From Saprospiraceae bacterium (lineage in GTDB: Bacteria; Bacteroidota; Bacteroidia; Chitinophagales; Saprospiraceae): a stretch of 64,000 nucleotides of DNA. Under the pieces are notes generated by a model. That model was not told the origin of the DNA. It made no database searches and saw only the letters and a program-made list of their open reading frames with translations. The stretch covers positions 13,626-77,625 of the forward strand of contig JABSSL010000029.1 in NCBI GenBank assembly GCA_013214355.1. Reading direction: 5' to 3'. Made by a program: the position numbers and the translations under genes. Positions 29,135 through 37,179 of the stretch are shown in pieces; position 1 is the stretch's first letter; each line of letters begins with the position of its first letter.

Positions 29135-29392
29135 ATGTGTCTAGCCATTCCTGGAAAAATCAAATCCATCACTAGTACGGATGGGATGATACGCACTGCC
29201 AAAGTCGTATTTGGCAATATCATCAAAGAAGCTTTTTTAGATATGGTTCCCAATGCTAAAGAGGGCGATTATGTACTTGTGCATGCCGGAGTAGCCATTA
29301 ATGTAGTCAATGAGTTAGAAGCAAAGCGCACCTTTTCTTATTTGAAACGCTATGGGGGACTGGAAGACCTCATCCCCGAAAAAGCTGGTTAA
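29135..29392 (+). CDS. hypC: HypC/HybG/HupF-family hydrogenase maturation chaperone
   Basis: The N-terminus MCLAIPGKI carries the essential Cys2. The protein is 85 aa, and the ATG at 29135 gives the canonical N-terminus. Confidence 0.85.
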   Translation: MCLAIPGKIKSITSTDGMIRTAKVVFGNIIKEAFLDMVPNAKEGDYVLVHAGVAINVVNELEAKRTFSYLKRYGGLEDLIPEKAG

Positions 29393-29403
29393 TCTAGCCG
29401 TGC

Positions 29404-30495
29404 ATGAAATTTTTGCATGAATATCGAGACCCAGAGCTCGTACAAGCCTATCTTAGTGAAATCAACGATCTAATCAGTCAAGATTGGACTCTAATGGAAT
29501 TTTGTGGAGGCCAGACACACAGTTTGGTCAAGAATGGTCTCTTGGATATTCTCCCAGAAAAGATCCATATGGTACATGGTCCTGGATGCCCTGTCTGTGT
29601 CACGCCACTAGGGATGATTGATCAGGCAATTGAGCTAGCCATGACCAAGAATGTCATACTTTGTTCCTATGGTGATATGCTTCGTGTACCGGGTTCCGAA
29701 AAAAGCTTGTTGGAAGCTAGAGGCGCAGGAGGAGACGTACGTTTTCTGTACTCTCCCATGGAAGCCGTCAAGATCGCACAACAAAACCCGGATAAAGAAG
29801 TAATATTCTTCGCCGTTGGTTTTGAAACTACAGCTCCCGCCAACGCACTGTCTGTGCTTCACGCCCAACAATACGGCTTACGCAATTATTCAATACTTTC
29901 TTCCCATATCTTGGTCCCTCCTGCTATGGAAGCTGTTCTCGATGACGAAAAAAGTCAAATCCAAGGATTTATTGGTGCAGGTAATGTCTGCTCGGTAATG
30001 GGATTAGAGGCGTATGAAGATATCGTGCTACGGAGGGAGATTCCCTTAGTAGTGACCGGGTTTGAACCCGTTGATCTCTTACAGGGCATATTAATGCTCG
30101 TGCAACAGCTCGAAGCTGGAGAGGCGAAGCTCGAAAACCAATATGCAAGAGTTGTCCCTTGGGATGGCAATCCGATGGCCAAACAGGTGATCCAAAAAGT
30201 CTTTGAGATCACAGATCGCGAATGGCGAGGGATTGGTGTTTTACCCAATAGCGGCTGGCGTGTCAGACCTGAATACAAGGATTTTGATGCGACGAGAAAA
30301 TTTGGATTAGGAGCTCCCGCTGCCAAGGAAAATGGTGAGTGCATTGCAGGGGAGATACTTACCGGTCAAAAAAAACCAAAAGACTGTCCACATTTCGGTA
30401 AGAGATGTAACCCAGTCACTCCGCTTGGCGCTCCTATGGTGTCCTCAGAAGGTGCCTGCGCTGCCTATTATCACTTCACCGAAGCCTTTTCATAG
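29404..30495 (+). CDS. hypD: Hydrogenase maturation factor HypD
   Basis: 363 aa with FCGGQTH, GPGCPVCV and a C-terminal Cys cluster, all typical of HypD. Confidence 0.9.
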   Translation: MKFLHEYRDPELVQAYLSEINDLISQDWTLMEFCGGQTHSLVKNGLLDILPEKIHMVHGPGCPVCVTPLGMIDQAIELAMTKNVILCSYGDMLRVPGSEKSLLEARGAGGDVRFLYSPMEAVKIAQQNPDKEVIFFAVGFETTAPANALSVLHAQQYGLRNYSILSSHILVPPAMEAVLDDEKSQIQGFIGAGNVCSVMGLEAYEDIVLRREIPLVVTGFEPVDLLQGILMLVQQLEAGEAKLENQYARVVPWDGNPMAKQVIQKVFEITDREWRGIGVLPNSGWRVRPEYKDFDATRKFGLGAPAAKENGECIAGEILTGQKKPKDCPHFGKRCNPVTPLGAPMVSSEGACAAYYHFTEAFS

Positions 30496-30763
30496 TCCAC
30501 TCTTTCAAGAACTGAATGTCGTAAAGACTTCTTTAGAGGATTGGATGGTATCGTTTAGACTTTCCATTATCCGGCATTTATTATATTTAGGCTCCCCATT
30601 AACCTCTCCCCCACTCCAAATGAATAAACCCCTTACTGGGGTTGACCTTGAGCTAATTGAGACTTACATGCCTTTTGGTTCTTTTCATCGACAAAGCATA
30701 ACTAGAACCGCTTAATTAATGATTCAGTAAAACCTATTTCATCCGACCGCTAATCAGGTGAAC

Positions 30764-33700
30764 ATGACACTCAAACTACCAACACTTGCAAGTCTGCTAC
30801 TTGCAGCTCTCCTCACTTATCCAATGGGTACCCAAGCTCAGCAGGTACCTACAACCTCTTTGCCATTACAAATACAAAGCCTACAAGATTCTACGATTAG
30901 GCTTGCCAAAGCCAAAGATTGGGAAACTTATATAGTCGTCCAAGCAAAGATCTTATCTCTTTATAAGCGTTCCGGTGATCTTCTAGAAGGCATAGAATTC
31001 GGAGAAAACCTATTGCAGAAAATTACCCGTAGAGCAGGTCGATTCAAATCTTCCAGTTGGTCAGTTTATCAAGCCTTAGCCTCCCTATATGCCACCTCCG
31101 GAAAGACGGATCGGGCCATTGCGCTCCATTTGGAGCAGCTTGACTTATTGTCATCCTATCCGAAATCTGTAGATCCCTGGCGTCTGATCGCAACCTATAA
31201 CCAATTGGGTGCGCAGCACCTAGCACAAAGGGAAACCGGCACAGCATTCAGCTATCTCCAACAGGCAAAATCACACCTCCAGCTACATTTGAAAGATACT
31301 GGATTTGTCCCCTCCACTACTCGTGCTATAGAAGTAATTACACAGACCTATGCGCTTCTAAGTGAATACCATGTACACACTTATGACCTACAAGAAGCAT
31401 TGCCCTACGCCAAGCTAGCGCTACAAACTGCCAAACAGCATTATGCTACAAATGCTTTTGCTTTACATCCACATTACAACAGAATCGGGAAGCTATACTT
31501 TGCGCTAGAAGAGTATGAAAAAAGCCAAGAATATCACCGGAAGGCCCTCTACGTTTTAAAAAAAGGTAAGTTGCAAGAAACAGTAGCAGACAGCACCCAG
31601 GTAGCCTTGGCGTACTACTATTCAGATCTGGCCGATGCCTTTGGCGGTAAGGAGGCTATTAACTACTATGAGAAAAGTTTGAACCTCCTGGAAAAACCCG
31701 AAGAGCATCTGTTGCTACGCATCAAAAATCTAAGAAAAATCGCAGAACATTACAACTGGCAGGAGGATTTTGATCGGTCTTGGTCATATATTGAACAAGC
31801 TGACAGCTTATGGTTAGCAAATGTGGAACAGTATCAGCAGGACATAGATTTTCAATTCTCAAGGGCCGGTATATATCGCAGTAGAGGACACTACTGGAAG
31901 AGGTTAGGTTCTTTCGAAAAATCGCTTCATTTCTACAAAAAGTATGTGGAAGTTTGGGAAAGGAATGGATCTAGCCCAGTCAATACAGAGAGCATTGGGA
32001 TATTGATGGAAATAGCAGAGATTTATAACTGGAAGGTAACGGAAAAGGAAATGTATGCTGACTCCGCCGTATACTACACGCGAAAAGCCTTGGTGAAAGC
32101 CACCAAGAACTTCAACTCCTATGATCTCAAAGAAATCCCTCGGGTAGAGGACTTGCACACGATCACCTACATGTACGCCATACTGAAGCAATTGGCGCGA
32201 TTTGGCCAATGGAAAGCTACTCACTACGGAGACATTGAGGACGAAAGGGAGGCATTGCACAATGCATTAGCCATAATGGATCTAGCAGATCAATTTCACA
32301 CCCGAAGTCTACAACAAATAAATAACCTGCGGGCAGGGCAAGCTGCTAGCTTGATCAAAAGATCTCTTATGATCTATCATGGAAGCATCGTTTTTGCTAC
32401 TAGTCTCTACGAGATTGAACCCTCCGCAGAACTGATCGAAAAGTGCTTTTACTATAGTCAACGCATGAAAGCCCAAAAACTTTGGTTGGAACAACTGGAG
32501 GAAGAGGCTCATCAACTTCTTGACCTGCCGGACTCCATACAAATCCAGGAAAAAGCGATGGCAGTTAATATTCAAGATTACAAACGGCAGATCTTGGACG
32601 CACAACGCAATGGAGACACTGTGCTGGTTGAGGAAATTAGGAACAACCAACTTTTTGAGACGTATCGGACCTCTGAAGCTTTACAGCTACAACTGGAAGA
32701 AGACAATCCAAGCTTCCTCCGAAATAAATATGACTTTGTCCCCACAACCATTGCGGAGTTACAAGAACAACTGGCACCAGAAGAGTTATTGATAGAGTAT
32801 ATGTATTCGGGTTGGAAACAACTAGCCTTTGTGGTCCAAAAGGATATGCCGGCACAGTTATCCATTCTGACTCAGGAGGAAAGCGTTTGCAATTCAGTCT
32901 ACCAACACATTGAACTCTTCCACGACCTGCTGCAGCGATCACCGATGCTGCGGAAAAGCAGTCGAGCAGATTTCATCCAGTGGAGCAATCTACTTTATCA
33001 ACATTTCCTAAGACCTATTGAAAAATCTCTAGTTGGAAAGAAACGCTTGATCGTGGTCGGGTATGATCGAATCAATTATATTCCTTTCGAAACCTTACTC
33101 GCCTCTGCGGAAATGAAGCCCTTTACCGATCTAGAGTTCTTAATTAAACGCTACGAAGTTTCTTATCACTACTCCGCCAATCTATTTGTGCAAAGCCGAA
33201 AAAAACGGCGGCCTGTGCAGGAAGGAGTCTACGTATTTGCTCCGATTTATGATGATCAGGCGATTCTAGCCGCTACCCCAGTTAATACAAAAAACACTTC
33301 TAAACACACAGCCTTACGCGCTTTCGATGAAGATGGTGTGTTCACTCCTTTACCAGAATCAGAAAGGGAGGCTAATGATATATTCAAACTCTTTACTAAG
33401 GGGAAAGATCCTATTCAAAATAAGTTAGCACTGCGGGAAGTAGCGACAGAGCACAATCTAAAAGCTAATTTAGAAGCCCCGTATCGATTCATTCATATTG
33501 CCGGGCATAGCTTTGCGAATCTAAAAAATCCAGAGTTTTCTGGTATTGCATGCTTTACAAAAGACTCCTCAATTGAGGAGGACGGTATTCTATACATGGG
33601 AGAAATCTACGCACTTGACACCTATGCTGACTTGGTCACTTTAAGTAGCTGTGAAAGTGGTTTGGGTAAACTTGAAAGATCTGATGGGCTAATTGGTCTC

Positions 33701-33919
33701 AACCGTGCATTCGTTTACACAGGCATTCCAAATGTAGTATTCTCCCTGTGGAAAGTCTATGACCGAGTAAGTTCCAATCTCATGGTTGATTTTTATGGAG
33801 CCGTCCTAGCAGGCGAGAATTATGCTACGAGTTTACGCCGAGCAAAATTGAAGCTACTGGAATCTGAAGCGACAGCCTCTCCGCATTATTGGAGTCCATT
33901 TCTACTGATTGGCCGGTAA
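30764..33919 (+). CDS. Exported TPR-repeat CHAT-domain (caspase-fold) protein, paralogue 1
   Basis: Signal peptide, about 700 aa of TPR-like helical repeats, and a C-terminal CHAT domain with His/Cys dyad motifs HIAGHS and LSSCESG. Ends HYWSPFLLIGR. Confidence 0.85.
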   Translation: MTLKLPTLASLLLAALLTYPMGTQAQQVPTTSLPLQIQSLQDSTIRLAKAKDWETYIVVQAKILSLYKRSGDLLEGIEFGENLLQKITRRAGRFKSSSWSVYQALASLYATSGKTDRAIALHLEQLDLLSSYPKSVDPWRLIATYNQLGAQHLAQRETGTAFSYLQQAKSHLQLHLKDTGFVPSTTRAIEVITQTYALLSEYHVHTYDLQEALPYAKLALQTAKQHYATNAFALHPHYNRIGKLYFALEEYEKSQEYHRKALYVLKKGKLQETVADSTQVALAYYYSDLADAFGGKEAINYYEKSLNLLEKPEEHLLLRIKNLRKIAEHYNWQEDFDRSWSYIEQADSLWLANVEQYQQDIDFQFSRAGIYRSRGHYWKRLGSFEKSLHFYKKYVEVWERNGSSPVNTESIGILMEIAEIYNWKVTEKEMYADSAVYYTRKALVKATKNFNSYDLKEIPRVEDLHTITYMYAILKQLARFGQWKATHYGDIEDEREALHNALAIMDLADQFHTRSLQQINNLRAGQAASLIKRSLMIYHGSIVFATSLYEIEPSAELIEKCFYYSQRMKAQKLWLEQLEEEAHQLLDLPDSIQIQEKAMAVNIQDYKRQILDAQRNGDTVLVEEIRNNQLFETYRTSEALQLQLEEDNPSFLRNKYDFVPTTIAELQEQLAPEELLIEYMYSGWKQLAFVVQKDMPAQLSILTQEESVCNSVYQHIELFHDLLQRSPMLRKSSRADFIQWSNLLYQHFLRPIEKSLVGKKRLIVVGYDRINYIPFETLLASAEMKPFTDLEFLIKRYEVSYHYSANLFVQSRKKRRPVQEGVYVFAPIYDDQAILAATPVNTKNTSKHTALRAFDEDGVFTPLPESEREANDIFKLFTKGKDPIQNKLALREVATEHNLKANLEAPYRFIHIAGHSFANLKNPEFSGIACFTKDSSIEEDGILYMGEIYALDTYADLVTLSSCESGLGKLERSDGLIGLNRAFVYTGIPNVVFSLWKVYDRVSSNLMVDFYGAVLAGENYATSLRRAKLKLLESEATASPHYWSPFLLIGR

Positions 33920-33941
33920 GTATATGGCATTTGTGGGTAAA

Positions 33942-33971
33942 AACACGCCCCCTCTGACAAGGGAACGTGTT
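33942..33971. terminator. Hairpin between convergent CHAT-1 and coiled-coil genes
   Basis: aacacg..ccct/aggg..cgtgtt forms the stem. On the minus strand it is followed by TTTTTAC. Confidence 0.45.
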
Positions 33972-34037
33972 CATTTCTAATCACAAAAGGAGGAAATCCT
34001 CCCCTAATCTTATTGGCACAGCGCCATTTGCATAGGC

Positions 34038-36017
34038 TTAACGATCTTCATATTCTGCTAATAACTCCTCTGGTATAAACAAGTAAATAATGGCATTGCG
34101 CTCCTCTTCATCCTGAAAGCTCTTAACTGCTCCCTCTAGAAGGATAGGATCGAATTTCTTAGAATAAGCACCAATCATTTCCTTGAGATATTGAGCCCTC
34201 AGGTTGGGTAGATGTTCATTGCGGAAATTACGACCCGGAATTCGCTCTCTTACGGCTTCACCTTCAAAGCGTTCATCTTCTGCCTCCTTCTGAGGTAGGA
34301 CGGTGACCTCTTCAAAGAAGAAGCGTTCATCCAGTTTACCACTAAAAGTCTCGTGGCTGGCTATATCTGCACTACCTTGAATGAAGAGTTTGACTTTACC
34401 CTGATCGGTCTTTTTCATAGCATGTAAAGCTTCCGTAACAAAAGACCCAATCGTGGACCCGTAGCTCTTGCGAAAATCACTCTTACTCTTGAAATACTCT
34501 CCCGGGCCAAAAAGAAGTTTTACATTTTGGTTGGCGTCTTTCAGACGTACCTCAAAATAGCGCCCTTTAAACCCTTCTACAACCTCATCATCAGGGTGGA
34601 AAACTGCATCCCAATAGGGGCGCTCTACCTCAAAGCTTTCCGCCCATTCTTCGGTGGTCACGGACTCCAGAGAAACATCATTTCCAAATTCTTCCTTAAT
34701 CGCCTCTTCCTCTTGCTTTAATTCCGCAGCCTGCTCCTGTTGCTCTTCTATCTCTTGCTTAACCTTCTGCGTTTCTTCTTCCAGTTGCTGTTCTTCGGTA
34801 TTGACTTCTTCTATCTCCTCTTCTAGTTCTTCCATTTCCGGCTCCGTTTCCTCCTGCCCCTTTTTCAATAGATCTATAATTTTCTTGATTCCTTCCTTCG
34901 ACTGGCATTCTGCTTTTTCTTCAAAAACATGATAACGATTCACAAAATTAGTCACCTTCGACTCCATCCCAGCAACGTCCTGCACGGTCTGGTCCAAGGC
35001 TCCTTTCAGTCCTGTTTTTTCTGCCACTAGGGTAATCAATTCGCCCTTTAAAGCATCTAAGTCGGCCGTTTTAGCATCGTATTGGCTTTTGACCTGATCA
35101 AACTGTTGATCATATTGCTCAATACGTTTTTGTAGTTTGCTCTTCTTACCGGTTAAAAGCTCTACCATAGATGACAGATTGGAGGCTTTCCCCAGGAGTT
35201 TAGCCACTTTCCCCATAGCTTTGTCCGCTATAGGAATCCCATTTTTAGGAAGTTTCAGCTGATCTTGCACGCCCTTCAGATTGGTGAGTTTCCCAAGCAT
35301 TTTCGAAGGCCAACTGGTCCATTTCTTCAACTTATCTTTGAACTTATTCTGTTTTTCTTCGAGGCCAGTAGATTTCAAAAGCAAATCTTTCAGTTCTGAA
35401 GCACAATCTGCGAGTTCTTTTTCTAGGCTTTGATCAGGGGTTAAGGCATCGATAGTGGCTACCAGGTCATCGAGTTTCTTATCTTCTGCCTGTGCTGCTG
35501 CTGCTTCCTTTTGCACATCAGCCACTTCTTTGGCCAATTGTCCTTGTTCTTGCTGGAGCCCTTCGTACTCTTTTTCCAATTGGTCCTGCTCCTGCTCCAG
35601 CGCCTCTTTTTGCTTAGCTAGCTCATCCATATCTTGCAAAACCTTATCCTTCTGTTCATTTTCTTTTTCAGCCTTATTACTAAGATCTTGCGCCTTTTCT
35701 TCCACATCAGCCACCGCTGTGGTCAATTCTTCCAGAATTTTCCTCGGTCGATCCTCCAGTTTATCCGTCAGTTCTTTTTGCTGCTTAGCAAGATCTTGTA
35801 GCTTATCTTCCAGATCCTTAATGGCGGATTCTCTAGCTCCTAACTCGTTCAGCAAATCCTTTGCTTTTGCTGTGATTTTATCTGCTTTGTCCTTGACCTT
35901 CTTGGAGCGATCGGCAAGATCTTTGGCTTTTTTACCTAAACCATTTCCCCGCTTAAATAGACCACCAATACGTGACAATAAGCCCCCAATGGGGACTCGA
36001 AGCTTTAACCCCTGCAA
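34038..36017 (-). CDS. Long coiled-coil protein with a possible divergent OmpA/MotB-like C-terminal domain (likely the distal part of a longer ORF)
   Basis: About 430 aa are E/K/Q/L-rich heptad-like sequence. The C-terminus (LFIQGSADI...NEHLPNLRAQYLKEMI...EERNAIIYLFI) resembles the OmpA_C pattern. There is only a TTG start and no signal peptide. Confidence 0.6.
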   Translation of the reverse strand: MQGLKLRVPIGGLLSRIGGLFKRGNGLGKKAKDLADRSKKVKDKADKITAKAKDLLNELGARESAIKDLEDKLQDLAKQQKELTDKLEDRPRKILEELTTAVADVEEKAQDLSNKAEKENEQKDKVLQDMDELAKQKEALEQEQDQLEKEYEGLQQEQGQLAKEVADVQKEAAAAQAEDKKLDDLVATIDALTPDQSLEKELADCASELKDLLLKSTGLEEKQNKFKDKLKKWTSWPSKMLGKLTNLKGVQDQLKLPKNGIPIADKAMGKVAKLLGKASNLSSMVELLTGKKSKLQKRIEQYDQQFDQVKSQYDAKTADLDALKGELITLVAEKTGLKGALDQTVQDVAGMESKVTNFVNRYHVFEEKAECQSKEGIKKIIDLLKKGQEETEPEMEELEEEIEEVNTEEQQLEEETQKVKQEIEEQQEQAAELKQEEEAIKEEFGNDVSLESVTTEEWAESFEVERPYWDAVFHPDDEVVEGFKGRYFEVRLKDANQNVKLLFGPGEYFKSKSDFRKSYGSTIGSFVTEALHAMKKTDQGKVKLFIQGSADIASHETFSGKLDERFFFEEVTVLPQKEAEDERFEGEAVRERIPGRNFRNEHLPNLRAQYLKEMIGAYSKKFDPILLEGAVKSFQDEEERNAIIYLFIPEELLAEYEDR

Positions 36018-36032
36018 TGCGTTTAGTATATC

Positions 36033-36977
36033 CTATCCCGCCTTAATCTGGCCAATCAAGCCGGTAGGACCAGGGATAAAAGCCCCTAGGCGTGACCCCA
36101 GCAATCCCATACCCGCTTGTAGTAAACCCAGTTTTGGCCGCGCATTTCCCAAAGCATCTTTGATGCCTCCTACTTTTTGTTGCATGGCAGGTCCAAGCGG
36201 GAGCTGCGCTACTTTTTCTTTCAATTGAGTAATCTGCGCTCGCTTACTAATTTTAGGCGCTTTTGCTTTACTCGTGTTTGAATTGGTCTGAGCAGTACTT
36301 GAGGATTGACTCTTGGGTTGGCGGCCTGATTTGTTTTTGGATGAAGTATTGTTCGCAACGCCTTGGGTACTGGGCTGTACCTTGAGTGGCTTAATCAAGT
36401 TCCCTTCTTCGTCAAAATATCCTTGTACTTGCCCCATTTTCATGTAGGTGGGTACTAGATCATCGTTTTTGGGGCCATTATCCTTCTTCTTTTCCTTTAG
36501 CTCCTCCGGGCAACGGTCACCCAGTCTTTTCTGTAAATTAACGGCTCGGCGACTGGCTTCAAAGCAACTCTCCTTCCAGGCCTCAATATCCGATTCCTGT
36601 TGATCCATAAATCGCTTAAATTCTGGATTTTGTTGGTACTCATAGCCGAAGCGTCCTTCTAAATGATTGAGTCGCAGGCAACTCTTCCCATTCAACTCAT
36701 TAGCCAGGTATCTGCCCTCCCAAGTAGGGTCCTGGCGTTGTCCGCGTTTGATAGCTTTGACTTTCAAGTAGGCGGATTGGTACTGGACTGTTCGTTGGGG
36801 ACTAGGACTGGCTTTGAGCGGCCCTTCTAATGATATAGATAATACTTCAGGAGAGCAATCTCCTTCTTGGCATACTACGGCAGTGCTCTGTGTTTGCGCC
36901 TGTGCAAAGGATAGGCTTAGGCATAGCATAGCATAGCAAAAGCGAAAAGTCTCATAATGATTATTTGTTTGGATCAT
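36033..36977 (-). CDS. Secreted protein with S/T/N/K-rich linker and Gly-rich tail (likely the proximal part of the same ORF)
   Basis: Signal peptide (MLCLSLSFAQAQ). It ends at a TAG that is in frame with, and 5 codons upstream of, ORF 34038-36017. Confidence 0.6.
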   Translation of the reverse strand: MIQTNNHYETFRFCYAMLCLSLSFAQAQTQSTAVVCQEGDCSPEVLSISLEGPLKASPSPQRTVQYQSAYLKVKAIKRGQRQDPTWEGRYLANELNGKSCLRLNHLEGRFGYEYQQNPEFKRFMDQQESDIEAWKESCFEASRRAVNLQKRLGDRCPEELKEKKKDNGPKNDDLVPTYMKMGQVQGYFDEEGNLIKPLKVQPSTQGVANNTSSKNKSGRQPKSQSSSTAQTNSNTSKAKAPKISKRAQITQLKEKVAQLPLGPAMQQKVGGIKDALGNARPKLGLLQAGMGLLGSRLGAFIPGPTGLIGQIKAG

Positions 36978-37040
36978 TTACAGCAGACCGGCGATTACAA
37001 GATTGGATATAAGATGTATTGGAGTCCCTTTTGTAAAATG

Positions 37041-37097
37041 CCTCAAGTAATGCGATAATAAACCGTGGGTCTTTGGTCATCAAAGCATTACTTGAGG
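37041..37097. terminator. Perfect 13-bp stem hairpin with flanking T-runs
   Basis: cctcaagtaatgc (37041-37053) pairs with gcattacttgagg (37085-37097), followed by TTTT. It lies downstream of the LamG gene. A second 9-bp-stem hairpin lies at 37116-37171. Confidence 0.5.
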
Positions 37098-37179
37098 TTT
37101 TGTGTCCTATAGTTTTGAGCAGAAGAACCAAAGGTAGAATCCCTGTAGGTTCACCATTCCTATTCTGCTCAGGCCACTA

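Noticed and set aside
36033-36035. Genome-wide TAG reassignment as the explanation for the in-frame TAG.
   Set aside because: Neighbouring well-conserved genes (coxM, coxS, the hydrogenase-like gene, the sigma factor) terminate at TAG at their expected ends. TAG is therefore a normal stop in this genome.
34527-36228. Long plus-strand ORFs (34654-34932, 35455-36228; Ser/Cys/Ala-rich) antisense to the coiled-coil gene.
   Set aside because: These are the mirror image of GAA/AAG/CAG-rich coiled-coil codons. They are low-complexity with no plausible starts or motifs, so they are treated as shadow ORFs.
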